Below are positions 1 to 9,345 of a stretch of 22,165 nt of DNA, in pieces. The DNA lies in NCBI GenBank assembly GCA_964016885.1, contig CAXHJY010001414.1, positions 1 through 22,165 on the forward strand. The letters are read 5' to 3'. How positions within the stretch are numbered: position 1 is the stretch's first letter; each line of letters begins with the position of its first letter. The notes under the pieces are model-generated. The model searched no databases. It worked only from the letters and a program-made list of their open reading frames with translations, and had not been told where the DNA came from. Position numbers and translations under genes: made by a program. This stretch comes from Eledone cirrhosa (lineage: Eukaryota).

Positions 1-913
1 AACCCATCGATTTTGGAAGAAGTTCTGGGGTTCTGTACATAAATGATAGAAGTGATTTTCTGGACAATGTTCTATTTTGGAACAGTGACCAGTTTTATCA
101 CACACTTCAAGCATGGATGTCACTATTACCAATTTTGTTCTGTCTGTCATTCCGTACAGTAGAACAAAATATAAACTAATAGATATGCTGCGTAAGTTTA
201 GTACACTTATTAACGAGATAAATAACATGTTTGTTTACGTTATGTTTTTTTTTCAGTTTTCCTTAGTATTGTGTGTGTGTATGCGAAACGATCTGCACAA
301 GTATATATAATTAAAAGGTTTATGAAGGTTAGAAATGAAATCAATGTCCAGTGGTTTTATAATGTACGTATGATGGCCGCTATAGTGTCTCACACGAAAG
401 GGTGTGATTTCATATACACACTTTGTGTGTATATGCGTCTGTGGTATGATGTCTATATATAAATCTGTGTGTATATTGTTGTTTATAGAATTTGGGATGT
501 ACTTACTGTGATCCGTACGAGATGTAGTGATTTTTTTTTCCATTCATGTCTACACCTTGTTTGTTGGCGAACATCAGATTTCCTTCGTTAAAGTGATGTT
601 ATGTTCAAACATATTCTACATGTCAGGGAATAGTGAAAGTATTTGCAATAATCAAATATTGTAATCCATCTGACATGTGTTAAAAGGGCAGTTTTCCTTG
701 ATAATGTTATATTTAGATAAGAGAACCGTGATCATTCGTCCTTCCTTGTCGCCATCTTCTGCATCACATTCAAAATATGTGGTAATCTATCAGAAGAGCA
801 GTTCTAGTTCGTGTGGAGTTGGTTCACCTTGTTTACTTTATCCGACGAGGCGATATATCGGTATCTATTTTGTTGAAAGTGTTCATCTTAGATCTCTCCA
901 CTTTGAATAAATC

Positions 914-949
914 TTCCAGGTCTTCCTACCAATCTCAGAAGACCTGGAA
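914..949. repeat. Perfect 12-bp inverted repeat (hairpin)
   Basis: TTCCAGGTCTTC (914-925), 12-nt loop, GAAGACCTGGAA (938-949). Confidence 0.9.
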
Positions 950-1487
950 TATATATCTGCAAACTGATTTTATTTCTCTTTGAATAAGCATAAACGAATA
1001 CATGGAAATTAATATTATTTAACATGCACTACTTCGTAAAATCGACTTTGCTTTGATGCTTAAGAATATAGGAAAATGGCTAAGGTGTTCTTGTCATAAT
1101 TATTTCGTTCGGTGTTCGATCCCATTGCTTGGAATCTTGACTATATTTCATTCCACACACATTATGCAATTTTGGTTATTTCTGTATAGTATATGTCAGG
1201 TGTAAATTAATCATATACTTCGGCCGCTTAGCATACGACCTGATATTTATGTTTATACCAAACAGCATTTTTTTAAAATATAAGTATCACTTCTTAACGC
1301 CCACGCCATTTTTCTATCTTCATTGTGATTCAATGTCGTTTTACTCACACGTGCCTCATGTCTTCAGACTGGTCTATGAATGCTGTTAGCAATATTTTCA
1401 CATGGTCATTCTCTCCCTCTTCATTTCATTCTCTCAGTTTCCCTGCTAAATCTTTAAATTTATTTTCAGTATATCCATAAATAGTAA

Positions 1488-1540
1488 GGCATATTAACTC
1501 GCTAAAGAGGAAACTTGCTCGAAACAGCTGAACAGATGCC
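1488..1540 (+). ncRNA. Degenerate type I hammerhead ribozyme relic (PLE-type)
   Basis: GGCAT...CTAAAGA-GGAAACTTGCTC-GAAA-CAGCTG-AA...ATGCC. The core is CUGANGA with G5>A, followed by GAAA and palindromic CAGCTG, with flanking GGCAT/ATGCC pairing. Core and cleavage triplet are mutated, so probably inactive. Confidence 0.4.
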
Positions 1541-1685
1541 ATCCTCAACTAGATTTATACGCATTTAGAAATATATTACATGCATTGCATACGTTGATAA
1601 ATTTTAATTGTTTTGCAATTGTAATTACCTAACTTTAAATGATATTTTGTAAATCCAATGTTATGGAGATACCGGGACCAGGTGC

Positions 1686-2102
1686 TTAAAGCATGTTAGA
1701 CACACGCAACAAATTGACAATTATTAGCATATTACATCTCCTTATCATGATTATTCCAATACTGTATTCAATGAAGTCAGTTCGTCTAAGGTAAACACTA
1801 CGCTACAACAATATGATAAAATATGCTATAATTGAGAAGGCATATCTCTGGAGGATGGTGAAGGAGACGCGTTGGAAAAGCCATTCCACCACCCGAGGCT
1901 CACCCTTCCGGGTAGCCAACTTCTTGCCAGTGGTGGTGAGTAGGGAGGTGGTCCTAGGTCCAAGGACTCCAGAAGTTTCAAATGTTTATATTGCTATAAT
2001 ATCCTTTAATCTATTCTAATGTTTTAGAATAGATTATTTCTTACAAATTCAATATATTGATAATTTTCGCTCAAAGTTCTACGTGTTCGTTATGGAGGCA
2101 TC
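1686..2102 (+). repeat. Diverged copy 1 of a local duplication (paralogous to ~2975-3230), interrupted by a CRE fragment
   Basis: TTAAAGCATGTTAGACACACGCAA vs TTAAAGGATGTTAGATACACGCAA. Shared CATCTCCTTATCA, TGATAAAA.ATGCTATA and CAAATTCAA...ATAATTTTC blocks occur in the same order. Confidence 0.75.
1828..1982 (-). mobile_element. CRE-clade non-LTR retrotransposon fragment (C-terminal end of restriction-like endonuclease)
   Basis: Minus-strand translation FETSGVLGPRTTSLLTTTGKKLATRKGEPRVVEWLFQRVSFTILQRYAFSII fits the CRE C-terminal pattern ET.G..G...GDPR...L.QR.S.A..RGNA..I. Confidence 0.8.
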
Positions 2103-2416
2103 TAGTTTGCAACTAGCAAACTATGTTTGTGCTATTTAGGTTCTGATCGGCAACTCTTATGCCCTGAGGGAATACCTTCTCCATTCTGTCTGTCGGGGCC
2201 GCGTCGGCCAGTGCTTGGACTCTTATTATTTGTAATTTACACACGACAGATTGAAAACTGCGAAAGTTAGCAATTTCGTTAACAGTATTTCACATCTTTA
2301 TAGCTTCACACTTATAATCTTTATTTCATAATCATTGCAATATTTAATTACATCGGTCTTATAAGCATTATATGCATTTTTATTTTTAAAAAGCGGATAT
2401 ATATATGTATATATAT

Positions 2417-2490
2417 GAAGACAGTTGTTTCTGGCAGGACCCGTTGGAGGGAGTGTCTCTGGGGACTCTACCCCAACAACCCTGGCAGGA
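2417..2490 (-). mobile_element. TA-flanked PLE-like cassette with partial hammerhead (long stem II, GAAA-CAACTG-TC)
   Basis: The minus strand reads ...TGCCA GAAA CAACTG TC. It is preceded by an imperfect hairpin (plus strand TGGCAGG..GTTGG.GGGAGT....ACTC..CCCCAAC..CCTGGCA). The CUGANGA half is absent. The cassette lies between (TA)n tracts. Confidence 0.4.
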
Positions 2491-2514
2491 ATAAAAGGGC
2501 GAAGAGAACGAAGA

Positions 2515-2516
<2 letters not shown>

Positions 2517-2558
<42 letters not shown>
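2517..2558. repeat. (AT)n microsatellite
   Basis: Direct reading. Confidence 0.98.
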
Positions 2559-2560
<2 letters not shown>

Positions 2561-2918
2561 GGTTATGTGTGTATGTGCTGGAAGTGTAAGAAGATGGGGT
2601 ACAGGATAGGAAGGAAATTATTTTGGCCGAATGTCGGATGATGCTACTACTTTAGTGGTTGATTTTGGACTTTTACTATGAATATAATCAGTTGAATTGT
2701 AAGGTATGTTTATGGATTTCATTGTTTTAATTCCTGTGTTAACCAGCTAAATTGAGTTATACACTTATATGTGTTTAGGTGTTAATTTATTCAAAGTTGT
2801 TTAATAATTACTTTTTTATTTCTTAACTACATTATTCAATTGTATGTGTAATATAAACACCTTAGTATATACATTATATGTTCTATGGAATTAACTGCTA
2901 TCTTATTTATTTTATTAT

Positions 2919-3310
2919 GTTAGTATGATACGAGGAGAAAGTGTAGTGATTTGAAATAGAAGATTGTGAATCTGTTAAAGGATGTTAGATACACGCAATT
3001 AAGATCATGCCATCTCCTTATCAGAATTTCTCCATTACTCTAATCAGTAAAGCCAGCTCTTCACCACGTTAAATATGCTACAGCATTCTGATAAAAGATG
3101 CTATATTTTGTTAATGATTTGTCAGTAAGTTAAAGCTTATCTCTCTAACCATCATCCTTAAAATACTTTTTTTCCAAATTCAAATATTTATAATTTTCTA
3201 TAAATGTTCTAATTGTTTGTCATAGACACGTGGTATTTTATGTAACCTATGAGGCTAGTATGGTGCTAGAAGAAATGGTAATGATTTGAAATAGGAGTTT
3301 GAGAATATGT
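2919..3310 (+). repeat. Copy 2 of the local duplication; ~335-bp unit whose start (2919-2975) recurs at 3254-3310
   Basis: GTTAGTATGATACGAGGAGAAAGTGTAGTGATTTGAAATAGAAGATTGTGAATCTGT vs GCTAGTATGGTGCTAGAAGAAATGGTAATGATTTGAAATAGGAGTTTGAGAATATGT. Segment 2975-3230 matches 1686-2102. Confidence 0.7.
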
Positions 3311-3695
3311 CCCAGAGAATGGTGATATTGTTATTAATTTCTGTATTGTAATAACATTTGGTCATTCTTTGTGAGCAGTATTGCTATTTAATTCACATTC
3401 TCCATATATAACGTCATTTATACCCTTTCCTATTGTGAGTAGTAGAGGTGTAATTAATATTTGAATTCAAATCCTTCCTAAGTATGTGTTTGTTAATTTA
3501 TTTTACTAAAGCTTCTTTAATTTTATAAATTTCATCTCATATTTATTTTAATTATTCTGAAGTTGGTGTTAACACATAGTATTTCCAAGGCAGTTTCACA
3601 GTATAGTTTCGGTCTAGTTACATATCTAGTATAACAAACACGTGGTCGCAAAGATACAAAGTATTATTAAGTTCACACTTAAGAGGAAGTAGAGG

Positions 3696-3737
3696 GGATT
3701 TCGACGCTTCGGGCGGAGGTTTTTCTTCAAGCAATAG
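3696..3737 (-). ncRNA. Degenerate minimal type I hammerhead relic (PLE-type)
   Basis: Minus strand: ATTGC-TTGAAGA-AAAACCTCCGCCC-GAAG-CG-TC-GAAAT. This resembles the PLE minimal HHR layout CTGAAGA-stemII-GAAA-CG-TC with stem I ATT.C/G.AAT. It carries several inactivating changes. Confidence 0.45.
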
Positions 3738-3884
3738 TGAGTTCCGATAAGGAGAGAAGAGGTAGATAAATGAAAATATATTAATAATTTACATACTATT
3801 TTTTAATTGTGGTTGGAATGTTGGTGTAAAGTCGGATTAACTTATTTTTCTTTTATTTTGTGAGGTAACATTAATAATAAGAAC

Positions 3885-4045
3885 GTTTTCTGATTTAAGC
3901 AGAAGACCAACGAATTTTTGGGGCCAGGGGAAGTCGATTACATCGACCTCAATGCATAAGGATGAAAGGCAAAGCTAACCGCGACGGGATTTGAACTCAG
4001 AGCGTAAAGGGACGTAACTCTATGTTGCAAGACAAAGTGCCTGAC
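3885..4045 (-). mobile_element. tRNA-derived Nin/Deu-domain SINE, diverged, internal deletion, long-tail variant
   Basis: Reverse complement of the 5001 copy: AAGGATGAAAGGCAAAGCTAACC..GGGATTTGAACTCAG, with hairpin GTCGATTACATCGAC. Confidence 0.85.
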
Positions 4046-4064
4046 AATATTAATAATAATAATG

Positions 4065-4248
4065 GTTTCCGATTTTATTACAAAGCCAACAATTTTGGAG
4101 GGGGGAAAGGCTATTAAATCGACCTCAATGCATTACTGGAATTTTTATTTTGTCGACCCCGTAAGGATAAAAGGCAAAGCTAACCTCGGCGGGATTTAAA
4201 CTCAGCTCGTAAAGGTAGGTAACTCTGTAGTGCAAAACAATTTCCGAC
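4065..4248 (-). mobile_element. tRNA-derived Nin/Deu-domain SINE, long-tail variant, 5' end missing
   Basis: TCGACCCCGTAAGGATAAAAGGCAAAGCTAACCTCGGCGGGATTTAAACTCAG. Lies in tandem with the previous copy, separated by (TAA)n. Confidence 0.9.
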
Positions 4249-4524
4249 AACAATAGTAATAATAAGGAGGATACAATGTAAATATTAATGATGACAATAG
4301 GAATAAAAGTGAATTAAAAATCCAATTACGAGTGTTTGATCGATTATTTCTTTGTTATGAATCAGTAAACTTACAAAAATAATGATCCCCCACTTGGAGA
4401 TACATACAGACAGGTAAATACATACACACACGCAAACATATAGATGTGCGTAAGTACGGTTGAGCATGTGTGTATGAGTGTGTTTACATTGACACATTTT
4501 TGCTCACGGATGGCCGCTTAGTTT

Positions 4525-4990
<466 letters not shown>

Positions 4991-5000
4991 GTATATTATT

Positions 5001-5190
5001 GGGCGGTGACTTGGCAGTATCGGTAGAGGGTTGGACGCCATGCTTTGGCGCATAGATTTACGGCCCTTGCTATTCTGAGTTCAAATCCCGCCGAGGTTAA
5101 CTTTGCCTTTCATCCTTACGGGGTCGATAAAATAAAGTACCAGTAGTGTACTGGGTAATTGCTGGCCTTGTGCCAAAAGCAGAAACAATT
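5001..5190 (+). mobile_element. Full-length tRNA-derived SINE with Nin/Deu-type central domain (short-tail variant)
   Basis: Pol III A box TGGCAGTATCGG (5012-5023) and B box GAGTTCAAATCC (5077-5088). Central GCCTTTCATCCTTACGGGGTCGATAAAATAAAGTACCAG (5105-5143) recognised as Nin/Deu-domain-like. TSD ATTGTATATTATT at 4988-5000 and 5191-5203. Confidence 0.92.
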
Positions 5191-5764
5191 ATTGTATATT
5201 ATTGGATATTTTCCCAACAATACACCCACACCCGTAATACTTACCCACTTGCAGATTCAGTTTAATATGATATTTCATGATGAATTCTTTCCTGTGTATA
5301 TTATAGCCAATAATTTAAGTGGCTTTCTTATTGTTATTGACAAATTTGTAAGATATTCCCAATAAATAGACTTAATTAGATGTTTTATTGGAATATTATC
5401 GTTATAACAATGACCACGTATTGTAAATTAGATTTGATATTCATGAATAATACAAAATGTTCTTTCTAAGTGTCCAGAAGGAGAAATTATTCATAAATAT
5501 TTCCTATTCATGAGGGTGGTACAAGGTATAAGTGGGAGTACTTAGAACATGAAACATCCACACGATTTGACATCACTGAAGCTTGCAGCGAACTCGGATC
5601 CGGTTATTTGAATATATTTCACTAAATTTACCAAAATGTCTGTAACCGCTCTGGTTCTATAATTCTAAGCCTGACGAAAAGTGATGGATCGAATTAAAAG
5701 CATATTTATACACTTTAGTTTTCCGGTTTCAAATTTACTTTGCTTCACAAAGATGTTTTACTAT

Positions 5765-6010
5765 GTAGGTGGCCTAGTGGTATGGGTGTTGGACTTACGA
5801 TCATAACGTCGTGGGTGCAATTCCTGGGTTGCGTGTTGTGTTCTTGAACAAAACACATCATTTCACGTTGTTCCAGTACACTCAGCTGAAAATGAGTACC
5901 AACTATAGCTGGGGTTTATCCCTGGGGTGGACTGGTGTCCTGTGTTGGGGGGAGTCGTTTACTCTCACTTCACGTCATGAAATGAGCCTTCTGTCTTCAG
6001 GCAGACTTTA
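5765..6010 (+). mobile_element. Second tRNA-derived SINE family (CORE/Meta-type central domain), diverged
   Basis: A box TGGCCTAGTGG (5770-5780), degenerate B box GGTGCAATTCC (5814-5824), then TGTGTTCTTGAACAAAACAC...CTCAGCTGAAAATGAGTACC and CCCTGGGGTGGACTGGTGTCC. Confidence 0.75.
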
Positions 6011-6294
6011 GATTTAACTAAACTGAGATACATGATACATTTGTCAAGTTAGCGAAAATATTCCAAAAAGATATTCCTCACATTTTAATAAAATGTAACA
6101 TATTCTTTGACCTCAAACAAACAGCCTCTATGAGAAGGTTCTATTGCAACAGGTCTATTCTCATGATAAGCTCTTTCATATATTATAACATTTAGTGGTC
6201 TCAACGCTAAAATAATCATAACAGTTAGTCATTCAAAATAATGGATGAAAAGGTCACTTCAAAAATACTTGGAGGTGGAAAAATGTGAACAGAA

Positions 6295-6368
6295 GCGCCT
6301 GCGAGGAATCGAATCCTGCATTGTTCTGATGCCTGCCAAGTGCGTTGACGATTATTCTAAGGAACCGC
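6295..6368 (-). pseudogene. tRNA-like relic (tRNA pseudogene or isolated SINE head)
   Basis: 74-nt minus-strand sequence GCGGTTCCTTAGAATAATCGT...CAGGATTCGATTCCTCGCAGGCGC with A-box-like and T-loop/B-box motifs, and a T5 run shortly downstream. Stems are poorly paired and the isotype cannot be assigned. Confidence 0.5.
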
Positions 6369-6663
6369 TGGCCACAAATGTCACCGGTTTAGTTATTAAG
6401 CTAGAAGTGTAAATAATGTAAATAATGCGAAGGAAATTTTGAAATGTTACGTGTTGTCGTAATACAGTAGTCTTCATACTAAAGTTAAGTGTATAGGCTC
6501 CGCATGTTTGCAAGGTTTTGTTTAGCAGATAATATTCGTTAGCATGTATTATTCTTGACATTTTGATTATGTCATCAGAACACTGATATATGTCACCTTG
6601 CGCTAATAACCAGAAGAAGTAGAGCAACTTCAGCACGACCTAGATCATAAAGCGTAATATAAT

Positions 6664-6851
6664 TGTTTCTACTTTTGGCACAAGGACAGCAATTACCCCA
6701 GTGTATTACTGGTGCTCTATTTTATCGACGCCGTAAGGATGAAAGGCAAAGTTAACCTCGGCGGGATTTGAACTCAGACCATAAAGGGACGTAACTCTTT
6801 GCTGCAAAGCATGGCGTCCGACCCTATACCAATACTGCCAATCCACCACCC
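6664..6851 (-). mobile_element. Full-length Nin/Deu-domain SINE (short-tail variant)
   Basis: Reverse complement of the 5001 copy. Flanked by CATAAAGCGTAATATAAT at 6646-6663 and 6851-6868. Confidence 0.93.
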
Positions 6852-6868
6852 ATAAAGCGTAATATAAT

Positions 6869-7080
6869 GCTTTCTGTTTTAAGCACAAGGCCAACATTTT
6901 GGGGGAGAGGAAAGGCGATTAAATCAATCCCAGTGCATTACTGGTACTTTATTTTATCGACCCAGTAAGGAGGAAAGGCAAAGCTAACCTCGGAGTGATT
7001 TAAACTCAGAACGTAAAGGGTCGTACCTGTATGCTGCAAAGCATGTTGTCCGACGCTCTACCGATTCTGCAAATCCACCA
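6869..7080 (-). mobile_element. Near full-length Nin/Deu-domain SINE (long-tail variant)
   Basis: Same family with an extra G-rich/hairpin segment. CGTAATATAAT is present on both sides. Confidence 0.92.
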
Positions 7081-7096
7081 TATATCGTAATATAAT

Positions 7097-7200
7097 TGTT
7101 TCTACTTTAGGAACAAGGCCAGCAATTACCCAGTGCATTACTGGTACTTTATTTTATCGACCCCGTAAGGATGAAAGGCAAAGTTAACCTCTGCGGGATT
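7097..7200 (-). mobile_element. 5'-truncated Nin/Deu-domain SINE (short-tail variant)
   Basis: Ends within the B box. Perfect 16-bp TSD TATATCGTAATATAAT at 7081-7096 and 7201-7216. Confidence 0.93.
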
Positions 7201-7310
7201 TATATCGTAATATAATATCACCTTTACATGTTATCTAATCGTATCCAGTATAAAATCTAGCGAAATATTTCTATCATATTTTTGTATAATAATTCAAATT
7301 TAATGAATGA

Positions 7311-7336
7311 AAGATACTCTTCTTAGAGAGTATCTT
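7311..7336. repeat. 10-bp perfect inverted repeat
   Basis: AAGATACTCT-tcttag-AGAGTATCTT. Confidence 0.8.
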
Positions 7337-7820
7337 AATAAATTATCTTTTAGCAAAAACATACATGAAAATGCCAGCATTCAAAAAAAATGTATTTGTC
7401 ATTTATCAGACAATAAAATATTCAATTAATTGACGTTAAATCCGCCCTCTTGTGCAGAACATATTCATTGTCTGTTAAATGAATGCTTCACGTGACCATT
7501 ACAAAGAAACAACTTCAACATTGAATGAAAATATGTAGTAAACTATTCGATTCTACTTAAATTATAATGTATTTATTTATTGTTCTGTTTTTACAGTAAA
7601 ATTGAAATTGTAGTCTCTGAGGGATAGTATCTCTCTTATCATCTTCAAGTACAGCCACAATTGAGATTTCCATGCTGAATCATTTGCTTAATACTAACTA
7701 GAAATAAAAAAAATATAATAATAATGAAAATGATTGTGTAAAGGGCCCAGGTGCACTACAATTTCCTATAAAACTCCATATAAAATGAATGCTCCATCCT
7801 CCGGCTTTTCATTTCAGTTA

Positions 7821-7878
7821 TTGTTGTTGTTGTTGCTATTCTTTCTTCTTCTTCTTCTTCTTCTTCTTCTTCTTCTTC
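7821..7878. repeat. (TTG)5 and (TTC)12 microsatellites
   Basis: Direct reading. (TTC)12 at 7843-7878 abuts the RTE fragment. Confidence 0.95.
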
Positions 7879-9345
7879 AAGCTCATGCAGCTTTTGACAA
7901 AGCTCCCACGATTTCTCAAATACATGCCACAGTGTGAGCAGGTGGTGGGTTTTGCCAGGTATGGGGTGAAAACCCACACTCTTCATCGGTTCCCTTGGAC
8001 TCAACAATCACCCTACATCTCTTTGCCCGTCATTTAGCATGTAGACGCTACCGGCTTACCGAAGAGATCCCGCTAAAATATAAGCAATCATTCTTGTCGC
8101 CTTTTTGTGAAAATTGAGATTATCAATCCTGAATCCCAATACTTAGGTCAGTTTCCAGATAACATACCAACCTGCTCACACGAATCATCCAGAGTATACA
8201 GTCTCCCTTTAACATCTCGGGCCGGATATCATCTTACTTTGCGGCCTTGCCACATTTGAGATCTTCAACTACTTGTGTCCTCAGGTTCCGAAAGGTTAGT
8301 TATCCCTCTCAGATCCATCTCGGGTATATCAGAAAACTTTTTTGTGATTGAGTTCAAGATATCAGCAATGTCCACCTCGCGAGCGTGCGTCTTTCTGAGG
8401 AGAGACGTGTTCCTGGTCGCAGACTTTGGAGAGAAGTTGTTACTACAATGTCGGCGAATGGCCTGTCTATTTGTTGAGCTGAAGTCGGATTTCAGCTTAA
8501 ACCGAAAGTCTTCTCATATCTTAACTTTGACATTTTCACTGTCTCTGCTACGATATTTCTTTACATGCTCTTACCGCCAATGGAAGAATGAGGATATATT
8601 TCCAAGCCATCTTATTAAACCGTTTTCTTTGCTCGAATGTCATCTTTGACCAGTTGATTGAATATAGGGATATCCCTATATCCCTATGCCCCCCCCCCCC
8701 CCCCCCACCACCACCACCACCACCTACTCACCAATCAGAAACAACATCAAAATCAGTTATTGATCTCTTTATCCTCGATTCCCATCATGCCATGTATATT
8801 TATGGATGTTTTTGCACTGGAAGTTATTCATAATAGAAAGCCAATTACAGTCTAATAAGGCCTATTGCATTCGTATTTAGATCGGAATCGTCGTTCCTGC
8901 CAATCATTCTTTACACATCAGGTAATCAATGCCCATAATTTCATCGAATTCTCCCATTAGAATATATGACTCATCTGAGACTGAAGTAACTTTATCAAGG
9001 ACGGACCTGTACTTGAACTCTCTTTTTGAAACATAAACTTGCAACACCCTCACAGACATTACTTTCCGCCTCGGCTTCAAGAGATAAATCCTTCCTTTCA
9101 ATGGGATTCAGTCCATAACATATTCTGACAGTTGGGGGCTTATGATTGTCTCAACATCCGTCTGTGCAACATTCTCTTTTGTCACACCTGAATAATGGGG
9201 TTGCAATCCTCCATCTACAGTACCAGAGCTGCTAGCATCTGGTCTCCTTTATTAGTTTCTGCTACTTGCTTGTAAGGGTTCTAATTATTCTCTTACCAAT
9301 TGTTAAGGTTTACTCCCTTCCTAACCTGCTTCGGCGCCTAGGCAT
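7879..9345 (-). mobile_element. Decayed RTE-clade LINE (Expander/Rex3-like): APE endonuclease plus N-terminal reverse transcriptase, with many stops and frameshifts
   Basis: Minus-strand peptides in the expected order. APE: SGTVDGGLQPHYSGV...ISPQLSEYVMD*IPLKGRI; VLQVY...YILMGEFD; IGRND; LSIMNNFQCKNIHKYTW. RT: LKCGKAAK*DDIRPEMLK; PKYWDSGLIISIF/KGDKNDC..FSGIS; DEECGF; LLTLWHVFEKSWE. Possible ATG at 9345-9343. Confidence 0.9.
8662..8724. repeat. 20-bp perfect palindrome, C18 run and (ACC)6 inside the RTE
   Basis: ATATAGGGATATCCCTATAT (8662-8681), poly-C 8689-8706, (ACC)n 8707-8724. Confidence 0.9.

Larger units (their letters stand above)
677..1545 (+). mobile_element. Highly decayed Penelope-like element 3' region (GIY-YIG-like relic followed by a pLTR/hammerhead relic)
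   Basis: ORF 677-910 contains SKYVVIY...SPCLLY...FVE..HLRS, loosely resembling PLE GIY-YIG segments (NVIYC...CLLYIG...RFVEHLRS). A pyrimidine-rich tract and an HHR-like motif (1488-1540) follow in the same orientation. Similarity judged by eye only. Confidence 0.35.

Noticed and set aside
113-310. SVIPYSR motif as PLE RT C-terminus
   Set aside because: Too short and degenerate to extend the PLE call upstream without an alignment.
841-880. CCGACGA followed by palindrome CGATATATCG as a hammerhead
   Set aside because: No GAAA directly after the stem and no stem I or III.
5671-5700. CTGACGA...GAAT as a hammerhead
   Set aside because: No stem II pairing and no GAAA or cleavage triplet.
7734-8037. 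Poly-Leu / poly-Phe / poly-Glu ORFs
   Set aside because: Microsatellite plus decayed RTE sequence, not genes.
8275-8649. 124-aa plus-strand ORF
   Set aside because: Antisense to the decayed RTE ORF, with no recognisable protein features.
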